Part shown: piece by piece, positions 29,868 through 38,701 of the stretch
Layout of the letters: each line of letters opens with the position of its first letter
How positions within the stretch are numbered: the stretch's first letter is position 1
Source of the DNA: an uncultured bacterium
Lineage (GTDB): Bacteria; Zhuqueibacterota; QNDG01; DTFT01
Reading direction: 5' to 3'
Assembly (NCBI GenBank): GCA_963736115.1
Contig: CAVTNR010000014.1
Coordinates: forward strand, 32,001-96,000
Length of the DNA stretch: 64,000 nt
Translations under genes and position numbers: made by a program
Notes under the pieces: model-generated
Databases searched by the model: none
Seen by the model: the letters and a program-made list of their open reading frames with translations, nothing else
Told to the model about the DNA's origin: nothing

Positions 29868-30623
29868 ATGCATTTCATGAAGCGTCCGGCTTTGATCCTC
29901 TTTCTCTTCCTGTCCGTCCGCCTGGCGGCGGCCGTTCCGGATTTCCCCGAATCCCAGGGCGCCGTGAATGATTTCGCGGGCGTCATCGACGGGGAATCGA
30001 GAGGCCGCATCGAGGCCCTTTCCAGGGAGCTCCAGGAGAAAACCGGCGTCGCGCTCGTTGTCGCGGCCGTGGACAGCATGAGCGGCCTGACCGTCGAGGA
30101 GTACGCGAACCGGCTGTACGCCGCCTGGGGCGTCGGCGGTAAGGAACTGGACGAGGGCGCGCTGGTCCTGCTGGCCGTAAAGGAGCGGAAGGTCCGGATC
30201 GAAACTGGGTACGGGCTGGAAGGACTGTTTCCGGACGGCAAAGTCGGCCGCATACTCGACAATGACCTGCTGCCCGAGTTCCGGGAAGGACGGTATGGGG
30301 AGGGATTCTACGCCGCGGTCCTGACCATGGCGGAAGATGTCGCTGAGGAGAAAGGGGTGACCCTGGACGGATCGACGGGCCGGCGGCGTTCCGGCAAAGA
30401 CGGCGGATCCGAGTGCGGCGGCACGCTCATGTTCCTGCTCTTCATCCTGCTGGTTATTCTAACCCGGGGCCGCATTCTCGGCTGGATCCTGCTTGGCGCC
30501 CTTTCCGGCGGACGGGGCGGCTGGAGCGGGGGCGGCGGTTTCGGGGGCGGTTTCGGAGGAGGCGGATTCGGCGGATTCGGCGGCGGATCGAGCGGAGGCG
30601 GAGGCGCGTCCAGGGGTTTTTAG
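29868..30623 (+). CDS. TPM-domain (YgcG-like) membrane protein
   Basis: VNDFAG, WGVG, RIETGYGLEG..PD, Gly-rich tail GGGSSGGGGAS. Confidence 0.92.
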   Translation: MHFMKRPALILFLFLSVRLAAAVPDFPESQGAVNDFAGVIDGESRGRIEALSRELQEKTGVALVVAAVDSMSGLTVEEYANRLYAAWGVGGKELDEGALVLLAVKERKVRIETGYGLEGLFPDGKVGRILDNDLLPEFREGRYGEGFYAAVLTMAEDVAEEKGVTLDGSTGRRRSGKDGGSECGGTLMFLLFILLVILTRGRILGWILLGALSGGRGGWSGGGGFGGGFGGGGFGGFGGGSSGGGGASRGF

Positions 30624-30713
30624 CGGTACCATCCCCGGAAACGGAACGTTCCGGCCGCCGGGGATAAGGTTGGAGAACGGCGGACGGGCGGGTCATCATA
30701 ACGCGAGGCAGAC

Positions 30714-31442
30714 ATGTCAGAACCGATTATCGAGAAAACGGTCGAGGCATTCTCGAAAGACATCACCGGGGCTTTCGGGGACGATTGCGTTTCCATCATT
30801 CTGTACGGGAGCGCAGCCACGGCTGATTTCAAGCCCGGAAAATCAGACTACAACTTCATGGTCGTGCTCACGCCCGCGGGGCTCGGCCGCCTGCGGTCCG
30901 CGAGAAAACTGGTGCGGGGATGGGAGCGGAAACGCATTCTGTTTCCGCTTTTCATCAGCGAGGAATGGATACGCCTGTCGCTCGACAGCTTTCCGGTCGA
31001 GTTTTTCAACATGAAACAGGCCTACCGCGTCGTACTGGGAAAGGACGTGTTCGACGGCATGGAGATTCCGGTCCGGTATCTCCGCCTGCAATGCGAGCGG
31101 GAGCTGAAGGGCAAACTGCTTCACCTGCGGGCCGACAGCCTGCTCAGCCGGGGCCGGCCGAAGGCGATCCGCGCCGTCATCGCCCGGTCCGTCGTGACCT
31201 TCACCGCCATCCTGCGCGCCCTGCTGTTCGTCAAGGGCCGCGCAACGCCGGACGGCCGGGAGGAGATACTGACCGCCGCCTGCGGGGAATTCCATCTCGA
31301 CCTGGCCCTGTTCCGGAATCTGCTGGCTATACGGGAAAAGGGCATCACCTACACGAAGTTTGAACTGGAGGATTTCATGGACCGGTACATCGCCGAGATC
31401 GACCGGCTGTGCCGGGACGTGGATCAGCTCACGACGGTTTAA
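30714..31442 (+). CDS. Nucleotidyltransferase-fold protein
   Basis: LYGSAA..DF....SDYN, D.FP.EF, LR.QCERE. Confidence 0.72.
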   Translation: MSEPIIEKTVEAFSKDITGAFGDDCVSIILYGSAATADFKPGKSDYNFMVVLTPAGLGRLRSARKLVRGWERKRILFPLFISEEWIRLSLDSFPVEFFNMKQAYRVVLGKDVFDGMEIPVRYLRLQCERELKGKLLHLRADSLLSRGRPKAIRAVIARSVVTFTAILRALLFVKGRATPDGREEILTAACGEFHLDLALFRNLLAIREKGITYTKFELEDFMDRYIAEIDRLCRDVDQLTTV

Positions 31443-31464
31443 GTTTATCCAACAGGAGGAACAC

Positions 31465-32070
31465 ATGAGCAAAGGAATGAAAATCGGATGCGGCGTTCTG
31501 GGACTGCTGGGGATCGCGGCTCTGGCAGCCGTGTCCTGGGCCTTCGGCATCCGCAATCAGATGGTCAACTACGACGAGGACGTGAAGCAGAAATGGGCGC
31601 AGGTTCAGAGCCAGTACCAGCGCCGGTTCGACCTGATTCCGAACCTCGTCGAAACGGTGAAGGGCTACGCGAAACACGAACGGGAAACGCTGGAGGCCGT
31701 GATCGAGGCGCGTTCCAAGGTCGGCGGCGTGACCCAGCTCGACGCGAAGGATCTGACGCCTGAAAACCTGGCCAAATTCCAGGCCGCGCAGGCCAGCCTG
31801 TCCGGCGCCCTGCAGCGGCTCATGGTCGTCGTGGAACAGTACCCCAACCTGAAGGCGAATGAAAATTTCAAGCAGCTGCAGGACGAGCTTGCGGGCACGG
31901 AAAACAGGATCGCCACGGAACGCGGCCGGTACACCGAGTCGGTCCAGCAGTACAACCGGTACATCCGCCGGTTCCCACAGTTCTTGCTGGCCGGCATGTT
32001 CAATTTCAAGGAGAAGGCGCAGTTCGCGGCCGAGGAATCGGCCCAGACCGCGCCGAAAGTCCAGTTCTGA
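31465..32070 (+). CDS. lemA: LemA-family protein
   Basis: QYQRRFDLIPNLV.TVKGY, EQYPNLKA, GTENRI; AGGAGG RBS. Confidence 0.94.
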   Translation: MSKGMKIGCGVLGLLGIAALAAVSWAFGIRNQMVNYDEDVKQKWAQVQSQYQRRFDLIPNLVETVKGYAKHERETLEAVIEARSKVGGVTQLDAKDLTPENLAKFQAAQASLSGALQRLMVVVEQYPNLKANENFKQLQDELAGTENRIATERGRYTESVQQYNRYIRRFPQFLLAGMFNFKEKAQFAAEESAQTAPKVQF

Positions 32071-32100
32071 CCGTTTCCCGATTTTTCAAAACGGATTTTC

Positions 32101-32142
32101 CCATCCCGCCTTCCTTACAAGGGAAGGCGGGATGGCCTTTTT
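32101..32142 (+). terminator. Probable intrinsic terminator after lemA
   Basis: CCATCCCGCCTTCC / GGAAGGCGGGATGG 14-bp stem followed by CCTTTTT. Confidence 0.75.
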
Positions 32143-32218
32143 CGGAACGGAGTCAGCCGGCCGCCCGGCAGGCGCTCTGATCGCCATAGGGTTCCACCCC
32201 GCGATCCGGGGCCAAGTC

Positions 32219-32245
32219 GTAGGGTGGGCCTTCGGCCCACCCTAC
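32219..32245. repeat. Perfect GTAG-bounded palindrome (REP family GTAGGGTGGGCC)
   Basis: GTAGGGTGGGCC-TTC-GGCCCACCCTAC; related copies at 53451 and 53491. Confidence 0.75.
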
Positions 32246-32263
32246 AACTGAGGAAATGAAACA

Positions 32264-35239
32264 ATGACCGAACCTGAAGAAAATAGCCGATCCGCAACTC
32301 CGGAAGATGGGGGCGTCGACCTGACCCCGAGCCAGCGCCAGGCCGTCGAGCACGGAAACGGTCCCCTGCTGATCGTGGCGGGCGCGGGCACGGGGAAAAC
32401 ACTCGTTCTCACTCGGCGCATCGCGCACCTGATCCGGTCCAAACGCTTCAGGCCGGAGGAGATTCTGGCCCTCACGTTCACGGAAAAAGCCGCGGCCGAG
32501 ATGGCTGAACGCGTGGATGTGCTTCTGCCCTACGGTTTCGCGGCAGTGAATGTGTCCACCTTCCATGCCTTCGGGGACCGGATTCTCCGGGAGTATGCGA
32601 TCGAGCTCGGGCTGAATCCCGATTTTCAGGTGCTCTCCGAGGCCGAGCAGGTCATCCTGTTCCGGGAGCACCTTTTTGATTTTCCTCTGAAACATTACCG
32701 GCCTCTCTCTGATCCCACCAAGTTCATTCAGGCCATGTTGAAAGTCATTTCCCGGGCGAAGGACGAGGACGTGTCCCCTGAGGACTATGCGGCTTACGTG
32801 GCCGCCCTGCGGAAGGATCCGAAATCGGACCCGGAGGAAACCGGACGGCAGGCCGAAATCGCCGGAACCTACGCGGCTTACCAGCGCCTGCTGGCTGAGA
32901 AGGGGAAGGCCGATTTCGGCGACCAGGTCACGCTGACTCTCCGGCTGTTCCGCGAACGGCCGCATGTGCTCAGCGAGGTCCATAAGCGGTACCGGGCCAT
33001 TCTGGTGGACGAGTTTCAGGACACGAACTACGCGCAGTTCCAGATGGTCCAAATGCTGGGCGGCCCTGAGGCCAATGTCACCGTGGTCGGCGACGACGAC
33101 CAGTCGATCTACAAGTTCAGGGGCGCCGCGATTTCCAACATCCTGGGCTTCAGAAAGACGTATCCACAGGCCCGGCTGGTCGTGCTCACCGGGAATTTCC
33201 GCTCCAGTCAGGAGATTCTTGACACGGCCTACCGGCTCATCCAGCACAACAATCCCGACCGGCTCGAGGTGCAGGAGCAGTTCGACAAGCGGCTGGTCTC
33301 GAACCGTGCCGAAGGCTCTCCGGTCGAACATATCCATGCGGATTCCCTGACTTCCGAGTCGGACCGGGTGGCGGCCCTGATTCAGGAAATGCTCGAGTCC
33401 GGGAAGGCCGTTCCGAACGACATTGCCATACTGGTACGGTCCAACTCGGACGCGGACCCTTTTCTGCGGGCGTTGAATCTCAAGAATATCCCGTGGCGTT
33501 TTTCAGGAAACCGGGGTCTGTACGGCAGGAGCGAGGTCCGCCTGCTGATTTCCTTTCTCCGTACGATTTCCGATTCCGGGGATTCGCTGAACCTTTTCGC
33601 TTTCGCGTCCTCTCCTGTGTACCAGATGCCGATGGAGGATCTTCTGCTGTGCGCGAACGCGGCCCGGCGTTCAAACCGGCCGCTGATGGACGTATTCCGG
33701 ACCGCGGCAACCGAAGATCCGGCGAAGAGCGGACGGCCCGAAACGGATTCTTCGAAGAATCGGGATCCGCTCGCCGGTCTGACGGACGAGGGCCGCATCA
33801 CGGTCCGGAAGCTCACGGCGGATATCCGCGCGTACGCCGAACTGTCGCGTGACCACGCGACGGGCGTCGTCCTGTATCAGTTCCTGATGCAGTCCGGTTT
33901 TCTGAAGCGTCTGTCCCAGAGCGCGGACCCGGAGGACGGCGTCCGCATTCAGAACATCGCCCGGTTCTTCGACGTGGTCGGATCCTTCGGCCGGATGGCC
34001 GAGGAGGATCGTGTGTTTCAGTTCGTCCGGCACCTCGAAATGCTCATGGAGGCGGGCGACGATCCCGGCACCGCGGAGACGGATCCGGACCTGGAGGCGG
34101 TCAGCGTGCTCACCGTGCACCGGGCCAAGGGGCTTGAGTGGCCGGTGGTGTTCATGGTCAGCCTGGTCCATCAGAAATTCCCCCACACCCGGCGGTCCGA
34201 CGCGCTTGATTTGCCAGAAGCACTGGTCCGGGATGAGCCCCCGAAAGGCGATTTTCACATGCAGGAGGAGCGGCGGTTGTTCTATGTGGCCATGACGCGG
34301 GCCCGGGACCGGCTGTTTTTCACGGGTGGAGCGGATTACGGGGGCGCCCGGATCCGGAAAGTCAGCCCCTTCGTGCTCGAGGCCCTGGACCGGCCGCATG
34401 TGGACCAGGTGAACTTCCGGTCCGGCGCGGAGGAACGGATCCGGCGTTTCGCGCCGATCGAGACCTCCTTCACGGAGCTGTCCGCGCCTCTTCCGGACGA
34501 CCGTGTGCTGCAGCTCTCGCACTTTCAGGTGGACGATTACCTCACCTGCCCCCTTAAATACAAGTATGTCCACATCCTGCGCGTACCCATACTCGAGCAC
34601 CACACCGTGGTGTACGGGAAATCCCTGCACAAGGCAGTCGAACTGTACCACGAACGAAAAACGAGCAGGGTCCCGGTCGCGCTGGAGGACCTTTTGGCCG
34701 CCTTCGAATCCGAATGGAAGAGCACGGGATTCCTGTCGGCCGCTCACGAGGAACAGCGCTTCGAGGCCGGGCGGAACGCGCTTCGGCGTTTCTTCGAGAC
34801 CGAGGAGACATCGGGCGCTGTGCCGATCCTGGTGGAGGAAAAATTCAGTTTCCTCATCGGGTACAACCGGATGGAGGGGCGCTGGGACCGGGTCGACGAA
34901 AGGGACGGCCGTATCGTGATCGTCGATTTTAAGTCCTCCGAAGTGTACCAGCAGGAGGCCGCGGACAAGCGGGCCGCTGAAAGCCTCCAGCTGGCCATAT
35001 ACGCCATGGCCTTTCAGAGGGCCTTCGATCGGCCCGTGGAATCCACGGAGCTCCGGTTCCTGGAATCGGGCCTGGTCGGTCGGGCGCCGGTCACGCCGAA
35101 GCGGCTGGAAAAGACGGAAACGGCCGTGCTTGAGGCCGCAGCCGGGATTCGCGGCCGGGACTACACAGCCAAACCTTCCTACCAGAGCTGTCGGTTCTGC
35201 GCCTATTCCGAGGTATGCCCCAGCGCGGCCGGGAGATGA
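32264..35239 (+). CDS. UvrD/PcrA-type SF1 helicase fused to C-terminal PD-(D/E)xK nuclease with 4-Cys cluster (AdnAB/AddAB-like)
   Basis: AGAGTGKT, VDEFQD, VGDDDQSIY.FRGA, TVHRAKGLE, EERRLFYVAMTRA; TCP...GRWDRVD...DFKS...QL.IY...CRFC..SEVC. Confidence 0.92.
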   Translation: MTEPEENSRSATPEDGGVDLTPSQRQAVEHGNGPLLIVAGAGTGKTLVLTRRIAHLIRSKRFRPEEILALTFTEKAAAEMAERVDVLLPYGFAAVNVSTFHAFGDRILREYAIELGLNPDFQVLSEAEQVILFREHLFDFPLKHYRPLSDPTKFIQAMLKVISRAKDEDVSPEDYAAYVAALRKDPKSDPEETGRQAEIAGTYAAYQRLLAEKGKADFGDQVTLTLRLFRERPHVLSEVHKRYRAILVDEFQDTNYAQFQMVQMLGGPEANVTVVGDDDQSIYKFRGAAISNILGFRKTYPQARLVVLTGNFRSSQEILDTAYRLIQHNNPDRLEVQEQFDKRLVSNRAEGSPVEHIHADSLTSESDRVAALIQEMLESGKAVPNDIAILVRSNSDADPFLRALNLKNIPWRFSGNRGLYGRSEVRLLISFLRTISDSGDSLNLFAFASSPVYQMPMEDLLLCANAARRSNRPLMDVFRTAATEDPAKSGRPETDSSKNRDPLAGLTDEGRITVRKLTADIRAYAELSRDHATGVVLYQFLMQSGFLKRLSQSADPEDGVRIQNIARFFDVVGSFGRMAEEDRVFQFVRHLEMLMEAGDDPGTAETDPDLEAVSVLTVHRAKGLEWPVVFMVSLVHQKFPHTRRSDALDLPEALVRDEPPKGDFHMQEERRLFYVAMTRARDRLFFTGGADYGGARIRKVSPFVLEALDRPHVDQVNFRSGAEERIRRFAPIETSFTELSAPLPDDRVLQLSHFQVDDYLTCPLKYKYVHILRVPILEHHTVVYGKSLHKAVELYHERKTSRVPVALEDLLAAFESEWKSTGFLSAAHEEQRFEAGRNALRRFFETEETSGAVPILVEEKFSFLIGYNRMEGRWDRVDERDGRIVIVDFKSSEVYQQEAADKRAAESLQLAIYAMAFQRAFDRPVESTELRFLESGLVGRAPVTPKRLEKTETAVLEAAAGIRGRDYTAKPSYQSCRFCAYSEVCPSAAGR

Positions 35240-35357
35240 GGCCCGGAACCGGGAACCGGAAGGGGGGAGTCGGGGTTCACTTATATCCGGCATTCTTCAG
35301 CGTACCGCCGGCCGGATCAGCCGGAAATGATTGATTAACATAGAACGGAGATCGTGC

Positions 35358-35873
35358 ATGGATTTCTTTGAAACGGTTCAGGCCAGGCGTTCGGTGCGCT
35401 CATTCAAACCGGATCCCGTGGACGCTGAGGCGCTCAGCGGTATTCTGGAGGCGGCCCGTCTGGCGCCATCCGCGAACAACAGGCAGGAATGGCGATTTGT
35501 CGTCGTGCGGGATCCGTTGACGCGTCAGATGCTTTCAATTGCCGCGGAGGGACAGGCCTTCGTGGCTGAGGCGCCCGTGGTCATCGCGGCTTGCGCCTCG
35601 GAATCGGATCATATCATGCACTGCGGCCATCCGGCCTATGCCGTTGACCTGGCCATCGCCATCGAGCACATGGTTCTGGCCGCGGCCAGCCTCGGGTTGG
35701 GAACTTGCTGGATCGGCGCGTTCAATCAGGCGAGGGTACGGGAAATCCTCGGTATTCCCGATTCCGTGGCGGTCGTGGAACTCCTGGCCCTGGGCCATCC
35801 GGCGGCCGTTCCCGGCCCCAGGCCGCGCAAATCCATGAATGAGATTGTGGCGTACGAGAAGTGGACGTTTTGA
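35358..35873 (+). CDS. Nitroreductase-family protein
   Basis: RRSVR.F, APSANN.QEW.F, GLGTCWIG, RPRK. Confidence 0.93.
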   Translation: MDFFETVQARRSVRSFKPDPVDAEALSGILEAARLAPSANNRQEWRFVVVRDPLTRQMLSIAAEGQAFVAEAPVVIAACASESDHIMHCGHPAYAVDLAIAIEHMVLAAASLGLGTCWIGAFNQARVREILGIPDSVAVVELLALGHPAAVPGPRPRKSMNEIVAYEKWTF

Positions 35874-35910
35874 TCAGATCTCGGATTTCCGAATACGGAA
35901 TTGAAGCGGC

Positions 35911-36164
35911 CGGTAGCCGCGGGCTTCAGCCCGCGTTTGAAAAAGAATCGCCAGACCATAAGTGACCGGTAGCCGCGGGCTTTAACCCGCGTTTGAAAGA
36001 GAATCGCCAGACCATAAGTGACCGGTAGCCGCGGGCTTTAACCCGCGTTTGAAAGAGAATCGCCAGACCAAAAGCGATCGGTAGCCGCGGGCTTCAGCCC
36101 GCGTTTGAAAGAGAATCGCCAGACCATAAGTGATCGGTAGCCGCGGGCTTCAGCCCGCGTTTGA
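35911..36164 (+). repeat. Tandem array of five 56-bp units, each containing a GTAG-REP hairpin
   Basis: GTAG at 35913, 35969, 36025, 36081, 36137, each followed by CCGCGGGCTTYARCCCGCGTTTGA; linkers near-identical. Confidence 0.93.
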
Positions 36165-36190
36165 GACCATTTGAATAGAACGTAAGACTT

Positions 36191-36234
36191 GTCCGAAAGG
36201 CCCGCTGAGAAAACGCGGGCCATTTCGGACCTAC
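36191..36234 (-). repeat. REP-like element (GTAG-GTCCGAAATG... family), copy 2
   Basis: GTCCGAAAGGCCCGC...GCGGGCCATTTCGGACCTAC hairpin. Confidence 0.7.
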
Positions 36235-36235
36235 A

Positions 36236-36284
36236 TTTGAACTTTGAACTTTGAACTTTGAACTTTGAACTTTGAACTTTGAAC
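36236..36284. repeat. Heptamer tandem repeat (TTTGAAC)x7
   Basis: Seven perfect copies, ending 14 bp before the next ATG. Confidence 0.95.
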
Positions 36285-36298
36285 TCAGAGGTTTCTTT

Positions 36299-36526
36299 AT
36301 GCCCACTTACGAATTCAGCTGTAAAAAATGCGACAACCGGTTCAGCACATTCACGACGATTTCGCGCAAATCCGAGATACGGTGCCCCCAATGCGGGGCC
36401 GAGGATCTGAGGGAACACTACGGCGTGCCCTCAATCGGGGGCAGTCTTTCAGCCCCGTCCGCCGGAACCGGAGGCCATAGCTGCGGCGGATCCTGCTCGG
36501 GCTGCGGCGGATCCTGTAAAACCTGA
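36299..36526 (+). CDS. FmdB-family zinc-ribbon protein
   Basis: MPTYEFSCKKC...CPQCG, Cys/Gly tail. Confidence 0.9.
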   Translation: MPTYEFSCKKCDNRFSTFTTISRKSEIRCPQCGAEDLREHYGVPSIGGSLSAPSAGTGGHSCGGSCSGCGGSCKT

Positions 36527-36552
36527 TCCCCGGACGAAGCGTGCGAGCGGAC

Positions 36553-36873
36553 ATGGAAAAAGAAGCCCTTCCCGGATCATTCGACGATTTGCTGACGCAG
36601 GCCGGCCTGCCGGTTCTCGTCGATTTCCGCGCGGACTGGTGCGGCGCGTGTCGTTCCCTGGATCCCGTTCTGAAGCGGATCGCAGCCGGGTACAAGGGCC
36701 GGGTTCTGACGATCCGCATCGATGTGGACAAACGGCCCGCGATCGCATCCCGATATGAGGTGTCCGGCATTCCGACGGTCATCCTGTTCCGGTCCGGCAG
36801 ACCCGTGATGCGTTTCTCCGGCGCTTTACCGTTTGATGAATTCAAAAAACAACTGGACCAGGCGCTTCTGTAA
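36553..36873 (+). CDS. Thioredoxin
   Basis: PVLVDF.ADWCGAC, IDVD, GIPT. Confidence 0.92.
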   Translation: MEKEALPGSFDDLLTQAGLPVLVDFRADWCGACRSLDPVLKRIAAGYKGRVLTIRIDVDKRPAIASRYEVSGIPTVILFRSGRPVMRFSGALPFDEFKKQLDQALL

Positions 36874-36911
36874 AACGATTTCGTCCAGCCCTCCAACCCG
36901 GTTTACCAGGA

Positions 36912-37529
36912 ATGAGCCCAGACCCTTCCATTCATCCCATGCTCGAAATCGAGAGCCGCATCCGCGAATCCGGCGTGGAATGGATAGCCGGAGTGGACGA
37001 GGCGGGCCGCGGTCCTCTGGCCGGTCCGGTGGTGGCCGCGGCCGTGATGTTCCGTCCGGATGACTTCCATGACCGCGTGCGCGATTCAAAGAAAATCCGG
37101 CCATGCGAGAGGGACAGCCTGTACGACTGGATCCGTGAAAACGCGGCATCCGTGGGCGTCGGGATTGTGGGGCCGGAACGCATCGACGAGATCAACATAC
37201 TCCAGGCGACCTATGCGGCCATGCGCGAAGCCCTTGCCTCCCTGTCGCCTGCACCCAGGCATATTATAGTCGATGGGAGACCCATTTCCGGAGCTTCGAC
37301 ACCGCAAACCGCAGTGATCCGCGGAGACGCCAGGTGCTTCAGCGTGGCGGCGGCTTCCATCATCGCCAAAGTGGTCCGCGACCGTTTGATGTGCGAATAT
37401 GACAAGGCGTATCCGCATTACGGATTTGCACGGCACAAGGGATACGGAACCCGTCTGCATGTCGCGGCCATACGCGCTCACGGGCGCTGTCCGATACACC
37501 GGCAAACCTTCCGGATTCCGGAATGGTGA
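36912..37529 (+). CDS. rnhB: Ribonuclease HII
   Basis: GVDEAGRGPLAGPV, DSKK, AAASIIAKV.RD, HKGYGT. Confidence 0.96.
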   Translation: MSPDPSIHPMLEIESRIRESGVEWIAGVDEAGRGPLAGPVVAAAVMFRPDDFHDRVRDSKKIRPCERDSLYDWIRENAASVGVGIVGPERIDEINILQATYAAMREALASLSPAPRHIIVDGRPISGASTPQTAVIRGDARCFSVAAASIIAKVVRDRLMCEYDKAYPHYGFARHKGYGTRLHVAAIRAHGRCPIHRQTFRIPEW

Positions 37530-37900
37530 AAACGCCTCGTAATAAGCGATCCGAGGGCAGACGTTCCGAGGATGAGGCCGGCCGCCATCTGGAGTCCAAG
37601 GGGCATGTCATTCTCGAAAGGAATTTCCGGGCTGTACGGGGTGAGATTGACCTCATCACCAGAGACGGGAACGTGCTGGTTTTCGTCGAAGTCAAATCCG
37701 CAACATCCGGAATGTTCGGTTCCCCTGAGGAGCGTGTGACCTGGCGTAAACGGCGCCAGATCGGGAAAGTGGCGTTGGCCTACATCACGGATCGCGGGCT
37801 CGGGGACTCGGACTGCCGTTTCGACGTGGTGTCCGTGATCTGGTCCGAGTCCGGACCTGAAATCCGGCACATCGAAAATGCGTTCTGGCTCGATCGATAG
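37523..37900 (+). CDS. YraN-family endonuclease-like protein
   Basis: ERNFR...GEIDLI, FVEVK, RFDVV, HIENAF; downstream of rnhB. Confidence 0.92.
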   Translation: MVKTPRNKRSEGRRSEDEAGRHLESKGHVILERNFRAVRGEIDLITRDGNVLVFVEVKSATSGMFGSPEERVTWRKRRQIGKVALAYITDRGLGDSDCRFDVVSVIWSESGPEIRHIENAFWLDR

Positions 37901-37910
37901 GGGGCGGACA

Positions 37911-38300
37911 ATGGAAGACACGGAATCCGAAATCCTGAAAAGAGCGGCGCGCAAACAGCGTCTGGGCCTGCTATACGAAGGTCTTCGCTGGGCTTTGGTG
38001 ATCTGGCTGCTTTTGCCTCTTCTTGGCCTGGTCCGCGGCTCTTTCTCGGTAGGCCGGGTGGTGCTTGGCATCGCCCTGTTCGTCGTTTTTTCCGGAAAAC
38101 TGTTTTACGACACCATGATCAGCGAGTTCATCCGGCAGAAAAGGCCGTCCCTGAAACAGGATATGATCGGCATACTTGGCATGATTCTCGGCGTCCTGCT
38201 GATCGTCGGTTTCGTCGTGGTGATGGTGGGTCTCCTGTTGGCGAGGTGGCAGGAGAGCGCTGCAACGGGTATGGGAGGCGGCGCAGGTTCGGAACCGTAA
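37911..38300 (+). CDS. Hypothetical membrane protein (3 TM)
   Basis: Hydrophobic segments; ATG after GGGG/GGA; operon position. Confidence 0.65.
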   Translation: MEDTESEILKRAARKQRLGLLYEGLRWALVIWLLLPLLGLVRGSFSVGRVVLGIALFVVFSGKLFYDTMISEFIRQKRPSLKQDMIGILGMILGVLLIVGFVVVMVGLLLARWQESAATGMGGGAGSEP

Positions 38301-38350
38301 GGGTTCTGAAACCCATCTCTTTCTGAGCGTATCTTATATAATTGATAATT

Positions 38351-38378
38351 AACGATTTACGATTCACGACGAACGATT
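38351..38378. repeat. Degenerate heptamer array (NACGATT)
   Basis: AACGATT TACGATT CACGACG AACGATT. Confidence 0.5.
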
Positions 38379-38429
38379 TTCGATCGTTCCATACTGTCTC
38401 TTTCCTCCTTTCTTATCATCAAAATTAAC

Positions 38430-38458
38430 TTGCGTTTCCGTCTCTGAAAGATTATACT
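38430..38458 (+). promoter_or_regulatory. Sigma70-type promoter
   Basis: TTGCGT-N17-TATACT in an AT-rich intergenic region. Confidence 0.6.
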
Positions 38459-38466
38459 GATAGATT

Positions 38467-38591
38467 GAAGATTCCCCGTCGTCCGCTACGCGGGATTAAG
38501 CTATTGTATCTGTAAATTATTGAAGACAATCCGCGGGCCTTCAATAATGAAAAATCAGATAGCTTGATCCAGCGTAGCTGGGGGAATCTTC
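38467..38591. other. 125-nt rod-like inverted repeat (candidate structured RNA or REPIN/MITE)
   Basis: Nested pairings GAAGATTCCCC/GGGGAATCTTC, GCTACGC/GCGTAGC, GGATTAAGCTAT/ATAGCTTGATCC, ATTATTGAAG/CTTCAATAAT. Confidence 0.6.
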
Positions 38592-38618
38592 TATCTGCAT
38601 AGAAGAAAATATATTATA

Positions 38619-38673
38619 TTCGCTCGCTTTCCCCGCTGTCCAGTTGCGCGGGACAGCGGGGAATGCGAGCGAA
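38619..38673. repeat. 23-bp-stem hairpin upstream of the BNR-repeat gene
   Basis: TTCGCTCGCTTTCCCCGCTGTCC / GGACAGCGGGGAATGCGAGCGAA, one mismatch. Confidence 0.7.
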
Positions 38674-38701
38674 CAGATTGACCAGATGGAGGATCCGGGC
38701 C

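Noticed and set aside
35911-36164. Possible CRISPR array
   Set aside because: Linkers are near-identical rather than unique spacers, units start with a GTAG-REP hairpin, and no cas genes are present.
36038-36418. ORFs containing SSKFKVQ and RGLKPAAT repeats
   Set aside because: Translations of the heptamer and REP arrays, not real genes.
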